A stretch of DNA of 57,355 bases from a virus (Duplodnaviria > Caudoviricetes). The stretch spans positions 1 through 57,355 of the IMG/VR virus record IMGVR_UViG_3300045020_000042; one strand, written 5' to 3'. The notes beneath the pieces are model-generated. The model was not told the DNA's origin and did no database searches. It was given only the letters and a program-made list of their open reading frames with translations. The stretch's first letter is position 1. Each line of letters starts with the position of its first letter. Both the position numbers and the translations under genes were made by a program. Shown here in pieces: positions 16,919 to 26,025 of the stretch.

Positions 16919-17689
16919 ATGGGACTAGAAGTCAAGCGCGAGAAGAAGCGCGACACGGACGCGTTCGACACGACGCAGCTCCACGAATCACAGCACGGGC
17001 AGATCCTTCACCGCGACTACTCGGCGCACTTCTTTCGCTGGTCGTTCGCTAAGCGGCTGATCGGGAAGACCGCGCACGTCCTCGACGTCGGGTGCGGTCA
17101 GGACCAGCCGCTGCAGAAGATCCTGTTCCGGAACGCCGCGCCGTACGCTGCGTCCTGGACCGGGGTCGACCTGAACAAGCTCAAGCCGACTCGTCATCAG
17201 CACTCGACGATCTTCCCCGAAACGGACTTCACGTCACCGGCCGGGTTCAAGGCTGTCATGGCCTCGCGCCCGGAGGGATTCGATGTGATCGTGCACTTCG
17301 AGATCATCGAGCACATGCCCGTTGACGCGGGCAAGCGGTTGCTGGCGAACTGCTTCAAGGCGCTGAAGCCGGGCGGGATCATGATCACGTCGACCCCGGT
17401 CTACGACGGAGTGCGGCACGCGGCGAACCACATCCATGAGTACACGGTACCTGAGCTGCAGGTCGCGATTGAGAAGGCGAAGTTCGTGATCGAGCAGCGG
17501 TTCGGCACGTTCATGGATATCAAGCACATCGGTCGGGCGGAGTCGGGCGCTGCGTCCTCGCTGGCGATCAAGGCGGTCAAGGACGCGCTCATGCAGTACT
17601 TCGATAACGACGCGATCTCGAACATCTTCGGCCCGCTCTACCCTGACCACGCGCGCAACAACCTCTGGGTCTGCCGGAGGCCTGCATGA
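16919..17689 (+). CDS. Class I SAM-dependent methyltransferase
   Basis: VLDVGCG, GVD, FDVIVHFEIIEHM, LKPGG, STP; AGGAG RBS. Confidence 0.9.
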   Translation: MGLEVKREKKRDTDAFDTTQLHESQHGQILHRDYSAHFFRWSFAKRLIGKTAHVLDVGCGQDQPLQKILFRNAAPYAASWTGVDLNKLKPTRHQHSTIFPETDFTSPAGFKAVMASRPEGFDVIVHFEIIEHMPVDAGKRLLANCFKALKPGGIMITSTPVYDGVRHAANHIHEYTVPELQVAIEKAKFVIEQRFGTFMDIKHIGRAESGAASSLAIKAVKDALMQYFDNDAISNIFGPLYPDHARNNLWVCRRPA

Positions 17690-18262
17690 TGTCCCGGCAT
17701 ACACTGCCCGACGTGATTCGGGCCATCCGCGACGCGTTCGAGGTCACCGCTGGTGAGAACGGCCATCAGCTGATGGCACGCAACCAGCTGGTCGTTGAGG
17801 CCGGTTACGTGTCAGACTCCAGTAAGTACCGGTTTACGATCTCGTACCTGGGTGTCATGCGCGTGTCGGGTCTGGTCGATCTCAACGACGAGCTCCCTCT
17901 CGACCGGATCATCGCTCGTGACGTTGGTAGTGCTATCGGCACCGTTGCGAAGTTGACCGCGCCGAACACCGTCATTGACGAGTTCAACAAGCTCCCAGTT
18001 GATAACGGCTCCTGGGGCTTTACCGGCAGCACCGAGCCGAGACCCAAGGCCTCGGTTGAACCGCTGCTCCGGAACGGCGCGCCGAACACCTTGTTCACGA
18101 ACCTCCTCGAGCTGGCGAACGACGGAGAGATCAAGGAAGCCTACGTCGTGACGCTCAGCACGAACGGCAAGAGCTACCGTCACCACTGGACGAACTGTGA
18201 GAGCCCGATGCAGGCGATCGGCCTCATCGAGTCGCTCAAGCGGGCCTTCCTGGAGAGTCTCG

Positions 18263-18270
<8 letters not shown>
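17686..18270 (+). CDS. Hypothetical protein
   Basis: Coupled ORF in operon. Confidence 0.65.
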
Positions 18271-19306
<1,036 letters not shown>

Positions 19307-19310
19307 TCAT

Positions 19311-19826
19311 ATGAGCGAAATTAAAGACGTTTTAGTGTTTCACAAGAAGTTCAACCAGATCCACGCTGACAGCCCGGTGTTTGTCAGCCAACGCCTCATG
19401 AAGGAGCGCTTCAACTTCCTGATGGAGGAACTGAACGAATTCTGGTCGAAGGGCGTAGTGCCGAGCAACATGGAGGAAATCGCCGACGGCCTGGTCGACC
19501 TCGTCTACGTCGCGAAGGGGACGGCCGTCATGCTGGGACTCGCGCCGGCGTGGAAGGACCTCTGGGACGACGTGCAGCGCGCGAACATGGCGAAGGTACC
19601 GAAGGTCACGCATCGCGGCACCTCGCACGACGTCGGCAAGCCCGAGGGCTGGGTGGGGCCGAAGACGCTCGAGATCCTCATGGCGCACGGCTTCAACCCC
19701 TGCCGGCCGATCACCGGTGTCGACTACCCGGAGTTCCGTGACCAGCCTGGTCAGGCCCTGAACGTGAGGATGGTGGACGGTGCCGAGGTACTGACTAACC
19801 CGAACGGCAACATGGGAGAGCGTTGA
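19311..19826 (+). CDS. MazG-like / all-alpha NTP pyrophosphohydrolase
   Basis: FLMEELNE...EIADGLVDLVYV...V..ANM.K...KPEGW. Confidence 0.85.
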   Translation: MSEIKDVLVFHKKFNQIHADSPVFVSQRLMKERFNFLMEELNEFWSKGVVPSNMEEIADGLVDLVYVAKGTAVMLGLAPAWKDLWDDVQRANMAKVPKVTHRGTSHDVGKPEGWVGPKTLEILMAHGFNPCRPITGVDYPEFRDQPGQALNVRMVDGAEVLTNPNGNMGER

Positions 19827-20743
19827 TGTTCAGCAAGAAAGTAACCATCTTCGAGGGCTGCGACGGGTCGGGCAAGTCGACCGCGGCCCAGCGCTTCGCA
19901 GCCGACACGGGCGCGCGCTACGTGCACCTGGGGCCATTCCCACGGGTCTACACCGGCCTGCCGCGCCTCTACGCGGAGGCGATGCTTCCCGCGCTCCTGG
20001 GGTACCAGGACGTTGTCATGGACCGGTCGTGGCTCAGCGAGCCGATCTACGGCGCCGCGTATCGCAACGGGACGGACCGGGTCGGCGGGGTCAGCCGCAT
20101 GATGCTCGAGCGCCTGGCGCTGCGCTGCGGCGCGATCGTCGTCCGCTGCGACCCGGGCGACGAGGCGTGCGTCAGCGCGTGGGCTGCACGGAAGGGTGAC
20201 GAGTACCTGAAGACCGAGAAGCAGCTCCGGCAGGTTCACTCTGACTACCGCGGCCCGTTCTGGCACACCCAGCTGCTGACGGTCGACTACGACTACATGA
20301 ACCAGCCCGAGTTCCACGCACCCGAGGTCCTGGACAACTTCCGCGCGCCGCTGCACCCGCTCGGCGTCGCGTCGGCCGGCAACTGGCTGGGTAACATCGT
20401 CCTGGTCGGCGAGGCATTCGCGGAGGTGAAGAACGACGACTTGGTGTACCAGTGGCCGTTCGCGTCGTTCTCTAACCAGGGGTGCAGCCGCTGGCTGACC
20501 GCGAAGCTCTGGGAGGCCGGGATCAACGAGAACAACCTGGCGTGGATCAACGCAGACCAGCTCGACCGGTTCGTCATCCCGCCCGACGCTGCGGTCGAGG
20601 TCATCGCGCTCGGTGGCGAGGCGTCGAAGACCCTGACCGCCTGCGGCCTGAAGCACCACACCGTCGCCCATCCCTCATACTGGCACCGGTTTCACAACGG
20701 AAGTCCGTACGAACTGACGACGTTGATCAAGGAGCTGGTATGA
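19826..20743 (+). CDS. Nucleotide kinase fused to a UDG-like domain
   Basis: IFEGCDGSGKST and DRSWLSE (dTMP-kinase-like); C-terminal LVGEA, WPF, VIALG..A, HPS (UDG-superfamily pattern). Confidence 0.8.
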   Translation: MFSKKVTIFEGCDGSGKSTAAQRFAADTGARYVHLGPFPRVYTGLPRLYAEAMLPALLGYQDVVMDRSWLSEPIYGAAYRNGTDRVGGVSRMMLERLALRCGAIVVRCDPGDEACVSAWAARKGDEYLKTEKQLRQVHSDYRGPFWHTQLLTVDYDYMNQPEFHAPEVLDNFRAPLHPLGVASAGNWLGNIVLVGEAFAEVKNDDLVYQWPFASFSNQGCSRWLTAKLWEAGINENNLAWINADQLDRFVIPPDAAVEVIALGGEASKTLTACGLKHHTVAHPSYWHRFHNGSPYELTTLIKELV

Positions 20744-21543
20744 ATCCGGTCGAAGTGAACTTCGCGTGGTTTCACCTCATCAACCAGATCCTGCAGTTCG
20801 GGACTGAGGTGTCACCACGCGGCATGCGGACGAAGGAGCTGCCACAACGGACGATCGCGGTCGACATGCGCTTCCCGCTGCTGACCGTCCCCGAGCGCCG
20901 GCTGTCGTTCCAGGGTGCGGCCGCGGAGGCGTTCTGGATCTGTAACGGCGACGACACGGTCGACGGGATCGTGCCGTGGCTGCCGCGCATGCGAGACTTC
21001 AGCGATAACGGAGCCACGTTCTTCGGCGCGTACGGCCCGCGAATCGCCCAGCAGCTCGAGTATGTGGTCGAGAAGCTGCGCGCGGACCCGGACACGCGTC
21101 AGGCAACGCTCGTCACGTGGCGTCCGAATCCGCAGCCGACGAAGGACTGCCCGTGCACGGTCGCGATGGACTTCAAGATCCGTGACGGCAAACTGAACAT
21201 GCACGTGTTCATGCGCTCGTCCGACGCCTGGCTCGGGATCCCGTACGATGTGTTCTCGTTCTCGATGGTCGCGCACATGGTCTGCTGCCGGCTGAACTTC
21301 CGCGGCTGGACCATGGCGAAGGGTGACCCACCGAAGGTCATCGAGCCGGGCGCGCTGTACCTGACCGCGGCCAGCAGTCACCTGTACGAGGCGAACTGGG
21401 CCGCGGCCGACGAGGTGATGACGCTCAGCCTGCCGGTCAAGGCGGTGCCGGCACAGTTCCACCTGTCCGAGGAGACCCTGCTCCTCGCGCTGCGCTGCCT
21501 GCGCAACACGAAGCCCGGCGACCCGCTACGCTGGTGGGAGTGA
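20740..21543 (+). CDS. Thymidylate synthase homolog, dCMP-type (Asp at specificity site)
   Basis: PRG, YGPR, DTRQA, DCPCT, MRSSDAWLGIPYD, SSHLYE. Confidence 0.9.
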   Translation: MNPVEVNFAWFHLINQILQFGTEVSPRGMRTKELPQRTIAVDMRFPLLTVPERRLSFQGAAAEAFWICNGDDTVDGIVPWLPRMRDFSDNGATFFGAYGPRIAQQLEYVVEKLRADPDTRQATLVTWRPNPQPTKDCPCTVAMDFKIRDGKLNMHVFMRSSDAWLGIPYDVFSFSMVAHMVCCRLNFRGWTMAKGDPPKVIEPGALYLTAASSHLYEANWAAADEVMTLSLPVKAVPAQFHLSEETLLLALRCLRNTKPGDPLRWWE

Positions 21544-21546
21544 TCC

Positions 21547-21744
21547 ATGGACTACGGCTGGCAGATCGTCACGAGCCCGACGGATGACGAGACCCACATA
21601 ATACCCACACTCGATACTGAGCCGCACGTGATGGAGGATACCTGCCACTGTAGACCTACGTGGCACGACGACGCGTGTGCCTTTGTTCACAACAGCTTCG
21701 ACGGCCGCGAGGCCTTCGAGCACGGAGGGAGGAAGAAGTCATGA
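21547..21744 (+). CDS. Hypothetical protein
   Basis: H...CHCRP...VHNSFDGRE; GGGAG RBS. Confidence 0.7.
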   Translation: MDYGWQIVTSPTDDETHIIPTLDTEPHVMEDTCHCRPTWHDDACAFVHNSFDGREAFEHGGRKKS

Positions 21745-22091
21745 ATGAACCGTTCAGCAAGTTGTCCCCGGCCGAGGTCGAACGATTGGCGAAGCTCAGC
21801 GAGGAGCTGGGAGAGACCCAGCAGGAGATCGGTAAGATCCAGCAGACCATCGGCAAGATATTGATTCATGGCTACGATTCTCATCACCCTGATGATCCGA
21901 TGACTCATAACAGGAACGCGCTCCAGTATGAGCTCGCGGACGTCATCGCCATTTCCATGTTTATGGCCATTAAGGGCGATATCTCTCGTGGAGATCTTGA
22001 CATCCTGGCTGCGCAGAAGCTCGACAAATTGATGACTAACAGGTGCTATCTTCACCATCAGGAGCTGCTCGATGACTCGTCCGACACGTGA
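21741..22091 (+). CDS. Second MazG-like pyrophosphohydrolase
   Basis: LSEELGE.QQ.IGK...GY...N...L..ELADV. Confidence 0.7.
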   Translation: MNEPFSKLSPAEVERLAKLSEELGETQQEIGKIQQTIGKILIHGYDSHHPDDPMTHNRNALQYELADVIAISMFMAIKGDISRGDLDILAAQKLDKLMTNRCYLHHQELLDDSSDT

Positions 22092-22569
22092 CGCCTGGGC
22101 CATGGCGGTCGCCCGTGAGACCGCGAAGCGCGCGACCTGCCTTCGCCGTTCGGTCGGCTGCGTCCTGGTCGACCGGCGCGGCCACGTCCTGTCGACCGGG
22201 TACAACGGGGTCGCGGCCGGCCTGCCGCATTGCAACGAGCCACGGTTTGACCGGTGGCCTGATGGACTTATCATTAGCGGGCCACACTTCCCAGATGCAT
22301 GTCCCGGTCACGCCTCGCCCAGCGGGACGAACCTGGACGCGTGCCAGGCCGTACACGCGGAGCAGAACGCGCTGCTGCAGTGCCGGGACCCATGGGAGAT
22401 CGACACCTGCTACGTGACGGCCAGCCCGTGCGTCACGTGCACGAAGCTGCTCCTGAACACGTCCTGCAGTCGGATCATCTTCGCTGAGGAGTACCCACAG
22501 CCGGCTGCGAAGCAGTTGTGGCTCGGCGCCAAGCGCCCGGTGTGGGAGCAGTACAAGGAGGGAACGTGA
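22072..22569 (+). CDS. dCMP deaminase
   Basis: RATCLRRSVG, TGYNG, HAEQNA, SPCVTC. Confidence 0.95.
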   Translation: MTRPTRDAWAMAVARETAKRATCLRRSVGCVLVDRRGHVLSTGYNGVAAGLPHCNEPRFDRWPDGLIISGPHFPDACPGHASPSGTNLDACQAVHAEQNALLQCRDPWEIDTCYVTASPCVTCTKLLLNTSCSRIIFAEEYPQPAAKQLWLGAKRPVWEQYKEGT

Positions 22570-22841
22570 AGTATATCGTGTTCGAAACGAAGGGCAGGCT
22601 GCCGCGCTCGTTCCCGATCATCTTCCCAGACGACTTGACGCACGCAGACGTCGCGAAGGCGCTGCTGTCGGTCTGCCCCGAGCTCGCGAAGGCGTTCGTC
22701 GCTGGAGCCGGCTTCCTGTCCTGCACCGACCTGCATAGCGTTGAGTGTCATGGGGAGAGCGAGTCGCTGAAGGTCAAGAGCCGCGGCGCAAAGGACGACG
22801 CCGCTTTCATCATGAGGGACTACACCCACGGGATCCTATGA
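22566..22841 (+). CDS. Hypothetical protein
   Basis: AAGGAGG RBS with GTG start; KYIVF...PIIFP...H...GAGF...GESESL. Confidence 0.7.
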   Translation: MKYIVFETKGRLPRSFPIIFPDDLTHADVAKALLSVCPELAKAFVAGAGFLSCTDLHSVECHGESESLKVKSRGAKDDAAFIMRDYTHGIL

Positions 22842-23029
22842 AACAGAACCTCCAGGTAACCAAGCCCCGGGCGCGGCCGTTCTACGCCGACCAGAACAGG
22901 ACCGTTTTCTGGTATTGGTTAGTCAGCGGCAACGGCCATTCTGTCACCGGCTTCGAGCTTGACCGCGCGGTCAAGTTCTGGTACAGCGCCGAGCTGGAGT
23001 CCCAGACGAGACGACGGGTGGAACAGTGA
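22838..23029 (+). CDS. Hypothetical protein
   Basis: ATGA-coupled ORF. Confidence 0.55.
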   Translation: MKQNLQVTKPRARPFYADQNRTVFWYWLVSGNGHSVTGFELDRAVKFWYSAELESQTRRRVEQ

Positions 23030-23427
23030 AAACAACTAACGGCGGCGGAACGCCCACCAAGACCTGGCCCGAGCGGGCCCGCGGGATGTTCAGAGCACAC
23101 GGCCCGCTTGATATCACCGCGCTCGCGCGATATCTCGGCAACAGCGTGGGGGAGTGCAGGGAGCTCCTCGATGGACCGCTGGCAGGCGAGATCGGCGAGC
23201 GGTTGGTGAAGACTCGCACGAAGCCGAAGCGGGTGTACTTCCTGCTCGACGATCGACGCGTCGAGGACCTGGAACCCGCGGAGCTGGTGAGGTACCGGGC
23301 CGCTGAGACGCTCGAGGCGTTCCAGCGGCATGCGGCTAGGCTGGTAAGAGCGCGGCGAGACGGGAAAGGACCAAACCCATATCGTGGTCCGATGGCCATC
23401 GACCTCCAGGCCACTGATCTGGGGTGA
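23026..23427 (+). CDS. Hypothetical protein, possible HTH
   Basis: LDITALARYLGNS; last + strand gene, overlaps the convergent lipase. Confidence 0.5.
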   Translation: MKTTNGGGTPTKTWPERARGMFRAHGPLDITALARYLGNSVGECRELLDGPLAGEIGERLVKTRTKPKRVYFLLDDRRVEDLEPAELVRYRAAETLEAFQRHAARLVRARRDGKGPNPYRGPMAIDLQATDLG

Positions 23428-24040
23428 TCAGCTGGTAGCCCGAGTCTTGAAGCCACACCTGAGTCCTCAGGGGGTGGCTGTACTCACTGATGAACGGCCA
23501 GCTGACCCAGAGGTCACGACCGTTCACCACCGACGTGAGCTTGTCCATCTCCCAGGCGTACTCCGACCAGAACGCGGCGTTCGCGAACTTCGGCGACTCG
23601 AACGAGTACATTGCACCGAGCTCCGCGGGACTGAGGAACAGCGGCGCGAACCGCGCCCGGCCGCCGCCCAGTGAGTGACCCTCGACCGTCCAGATCGTTC
23701 CAGCGGGCGCGAGCGACTTCGCCCAGGCGTAGACGTCGACCAGACCGCCGTACGCTCCAGCGGCGACCTTCGCGCCGAGCGCTGGGTCGCCGACCGGTAC
23801 GGCCGTCGTGTCGAGGTCGTCGAACAGGTCTCCCCACTCCTTCAGGAACCGCGTCCCCGAGATCGACAGGAAGAACTGCCCGGCAGCGTCGTGCGAGACG
23901 ACGGCCTGGTGGCTGTCGTTCTGGTAGAGCCCCAGGTGCGTGAGGCCAAGCGCTGCGAACCCGGCCACCGAGGCGACCGGGTTCATCTCATACGCCGCGT
24001 TCGCGCGCTGAGCCGCGGCATAGGTCAGCGCCAGGTTCAC
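23336..24040 (-). CDS. Class 3 lipase (alpha/beta hydrolase)
   Basis: SISGT, VEGHSLGG, SFESPK, VNGRDLW, DHDM. Confidence 0.88.
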   Translation of the reverse strand: MNLALTYAAAQRANAAYEMNPVASVAGFAALGLTHLGLYQNDSHQAVVSHDAAGQFFLSISGTRFLKEWGDLFDDLDTTAVPVGDPALGAKVAAGAYGGLVDVYAWAKSLAPAGTIWTVEGHSLGGGRARFAPLFLSPAELGAMYSFESPKFANAAFWSEYAWEMDKLTSVVNGRDLWVSWPFISEYSHPLRTQVWLQDSGYQLITPDQWPGGRWPSDHDMGLVLSRLAALLPA

Positions 24041-24408
24041 TTCGCGCTCGCCGCAGCTGGCGCAGTGGGTACGGCGGCCGGTGCGACAGGAGCCGAGGCT
24101 GCAGTCGCAGCGCTTGCGGCTTGAGCGGCCACAACGGCGCTGGCTGCGCTCGTCGCCACGTCAGCGGTCGCGCAGACGACGCCGTTCACGGCCGCAGCGG
24201 TTGCGACCTGCGGGCTCGCGACACCGGCCGCCATCAGCGTGGGCTGCACGATCTTGCACCCGTTGCTGATCGTCTGCAGCGCGATCAGGTTCGTCTGGTT
24301 CAGGTTCGCCAGCGTGGTGTTGAGGTTTCCTTGCTGAGCGGCCGAACAGGCTGCGAGACCGACAGTCGCAGCGGCGAGCACGAGTACTGCAATGATAGCA
24401 CGTTTCAT
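24037..24408 (-). CDS. Lipoprotein, spanin candidate
   Basis: Signal peptide with lipobox LAAC, Ala-rich tail, lysis cassette position. Confidence 0.7.
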   Translation of the reverse strand: MKRAIIAVLVLAAATVGLAACSAAQQGNLNTTLANLNQTNLIALQTISNGCKIVQPTLMAAGVASPQVATAAAVNGVVCATADVATSAASAVVAAQAASAATAASAPVAPAAVPTAPAAASAK

Positions 24409-24419
24409 GGTTAAAGTCC

Positions 24420-24593
24420 TCAGGTTTTGCTCAGGGTGAGCGGGAGGTTAGTCACGAGGTGACCACCGGTAATAAGCCCGAAGACCGAAAACAGCGCATA
24501 GCGCAGCATAGGGTCGTTGAGCTTCAGCAGGTCCATCGCGAGCAGACCCGCGACGGTCAGCGTTCCAGCAATGATCTTCTCAGTCGGATTCAT
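24420..24593 (-). CDS. Small two-TM membrane protein (holin or antiholin candidate)
   Basis: MNPTEKIIAG..., two hydrophobic segments, GGAGA RBS. Confidence 0.65.
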   Translation of the reverse strand: MNPTEKIIAGTLTVAGLLAMDLLKLNDPMLRYALFSVFGLITGGHLVTNLPLTLSKT

Positions 24594-24594
24594 C

Positions 24595-25113
24595 TCAGTT
24601 CTCCGCAACGACCTGGAGGTTCGTCGCACCACGGCCGGTCCACCCGTTGCCCTCGTTCGGCCAGTTACTGAGCGAGCGCCAGTAGTTGAACCGTGACGCC
24701 ATGAACTGCATGCACAGCTTCAGCGGGTCGGCCTGGCGGACCGCGGCGATCGTCTGCGCGCCGATGATCCCGTCCTGGGCGACCGCGACGGCCTCCTGCA
24801 GCCACAGGGCCGGGTGGCCGCCATTATACGCCGAATCGAAGATCAGGTAACCTATCCTGATATCGAACTGGTCGCACTGGTACGGGTCCCAGTACCGGCT
24901 CTTTGCGAGTGCCTGTGCCTGCGCGTAGGTGAGCGTTGCAAAGTTCACGTTCGGGAACCACTCAGCGCTGATCCCGTAGCGCGAACCGACGAACTTTCCC
25001 GAGCCGACCGCGCCACCGGTCCAGTTGCCCGGGTCGTTGACGTCGGTGCTAAGCGCCGTGCCCTCAGTGCCGACGACCGCGGCGAAGACGTCATTGAAGG
25101 TGATCATGGTCAC
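24595..25113 (-). CDS. Endolysin, glycosyl hydrolase 108 with PG-binding domain
   Basis: EG...DPGNWTGG, YGIS, YW, FD.AYN.G, DGIIG.QT, GW..R. Confidence 0.9.
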   Translation of the reverse strand: MTMITFNDVFAAVVGTEGTALSTDVNDPGNWTGGAVGSGKFVGSRYGISAEWFPNVNFATLTYAQAQALAKSRYWDPYQCDQFDIRIGYLIFDSAYNGGHPALWLQEAVAVAQDGIIGAQTIAAVRQADPLKLCMQFMASRFNYWRSLSNWPNEGNGWTGRGATNLQVVAEN

Positions 25114-25288
25114 GATGCTTCCTCCTGTGCTTGATGACCTTGTCCCTCATGAGGATGTAGATCTGCAGCACGGTAAACACAAACGTTGAAAACAGCACCA
25201 GCCGAGACAGGGTAATCTGCTCGACGAAGTGCCCGATGACGGTCCCGAGCCAGGAGATCGCGACCATCCACCAAGAGTTTTTGTCCAT
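25091..25288 (-). CDS. Holin candidate
   Basis: 65 aa with TM segments and basic C-terminus, directly upstream of the endolysin. Confidence 0.7.
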   Translation of the reverse strand: MDKNSWWMVAISWLGTVIGHFVEQITLSRLVLFSTFVFTVLQIYILMRDKVIKHRRKHRDHDHLQ

Positions 25289-25313
25289 GAATCATCCCCG
25301 TTGACTGCTTGTT

Positions 25314-26024
25314 TTAACGCCGGCGACGCGCTGCGATAAATCCTTGAGCCGCCATTGTGCTGACAGAGAACTGCACGTCCGCAACCAGATAGAAGGTGGT
25401 CGTGGACGTGATGTTGTACCTGGAAACGGGCGGCGCGTTTGTGAAGATCTGTCCAGTCAGTACGTTATAGTTGGTAATGCTTTTCGAAGGAGAGGCAGGG
25501 AGAGTCGCCGAGACAGAGTTGACCCCAACGACAGAGGTCGACGCGGTCGTGCTGGCCGCCGGGTCGAACTCGACGTTACCCCAGATCTCCCAGTCGCCGG
25601 CCGTCAGTGTGATTGACGTGATGTTTGCGGGGACACTAGCGGTCATTCCAATCGAGCCGCTCGTACCTATCACGATCTCGCCAATGCTTCCCGCGTTCGC
25701 GTTGTCACCCGCAGTCGTGCCTTTGATCCCGTTCGTCGTGGACGGCGAGATAAGACCGGTCGCGCTGATCGTCGTTGCGGCGACCGGCTCAGGCGTCGTG
25801 CTGCCGTAACCGGTCGAGGGCGGCGACGCGAACGTAGCGCCGTTGAGCGTAGCCGCGTTGATCGTGGTCCACGCAGGCGCCGAACCCGAGCCGGTCGAGA
25901 CGATCGCCTGGCCCGAGGATGACCCGGACGGGTTGATCAGCTGGACCGGAAGGGTCGTTGCGCTCAGCGCGAGGGTCGAGTAAAGAAGGGCCAGACACGC
26001 AAAGAGTTTTTTCATGTGGTTCAC
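25314..26024 (-). CDS. Fiber-like Ser/Thr/Gly-rich protein with signal-peptide-like N-terminus
   Basis: MKKLFACLALLYSTLALSA; GTTAGDNANAGSIGE, SITLTAGDWEIWG, terminal ARRRR. Confidence 0.7.
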   Translation of the reverse strand: MNHMKKLFACLALLYSTLALSATTLPVQLINPSGSSSGQAIVSTGSGSAPAWTTINAATLNGATFASPPSTGYGSTTPEPVAATTISATGLISPSTTNGIKGTTAGDNANAGSIGEIVIGTSGSIGMTASVPANITSITLTAGDWEIWGNVEFDPAASTTASTSVVGVNSVSATLPASPSKSITNYNVLTGQIFTNAPPVSRYNITSTTTFYLVADVQFSVSTMAAQGFIAARRRR

Positions 26025-26025
26025 C

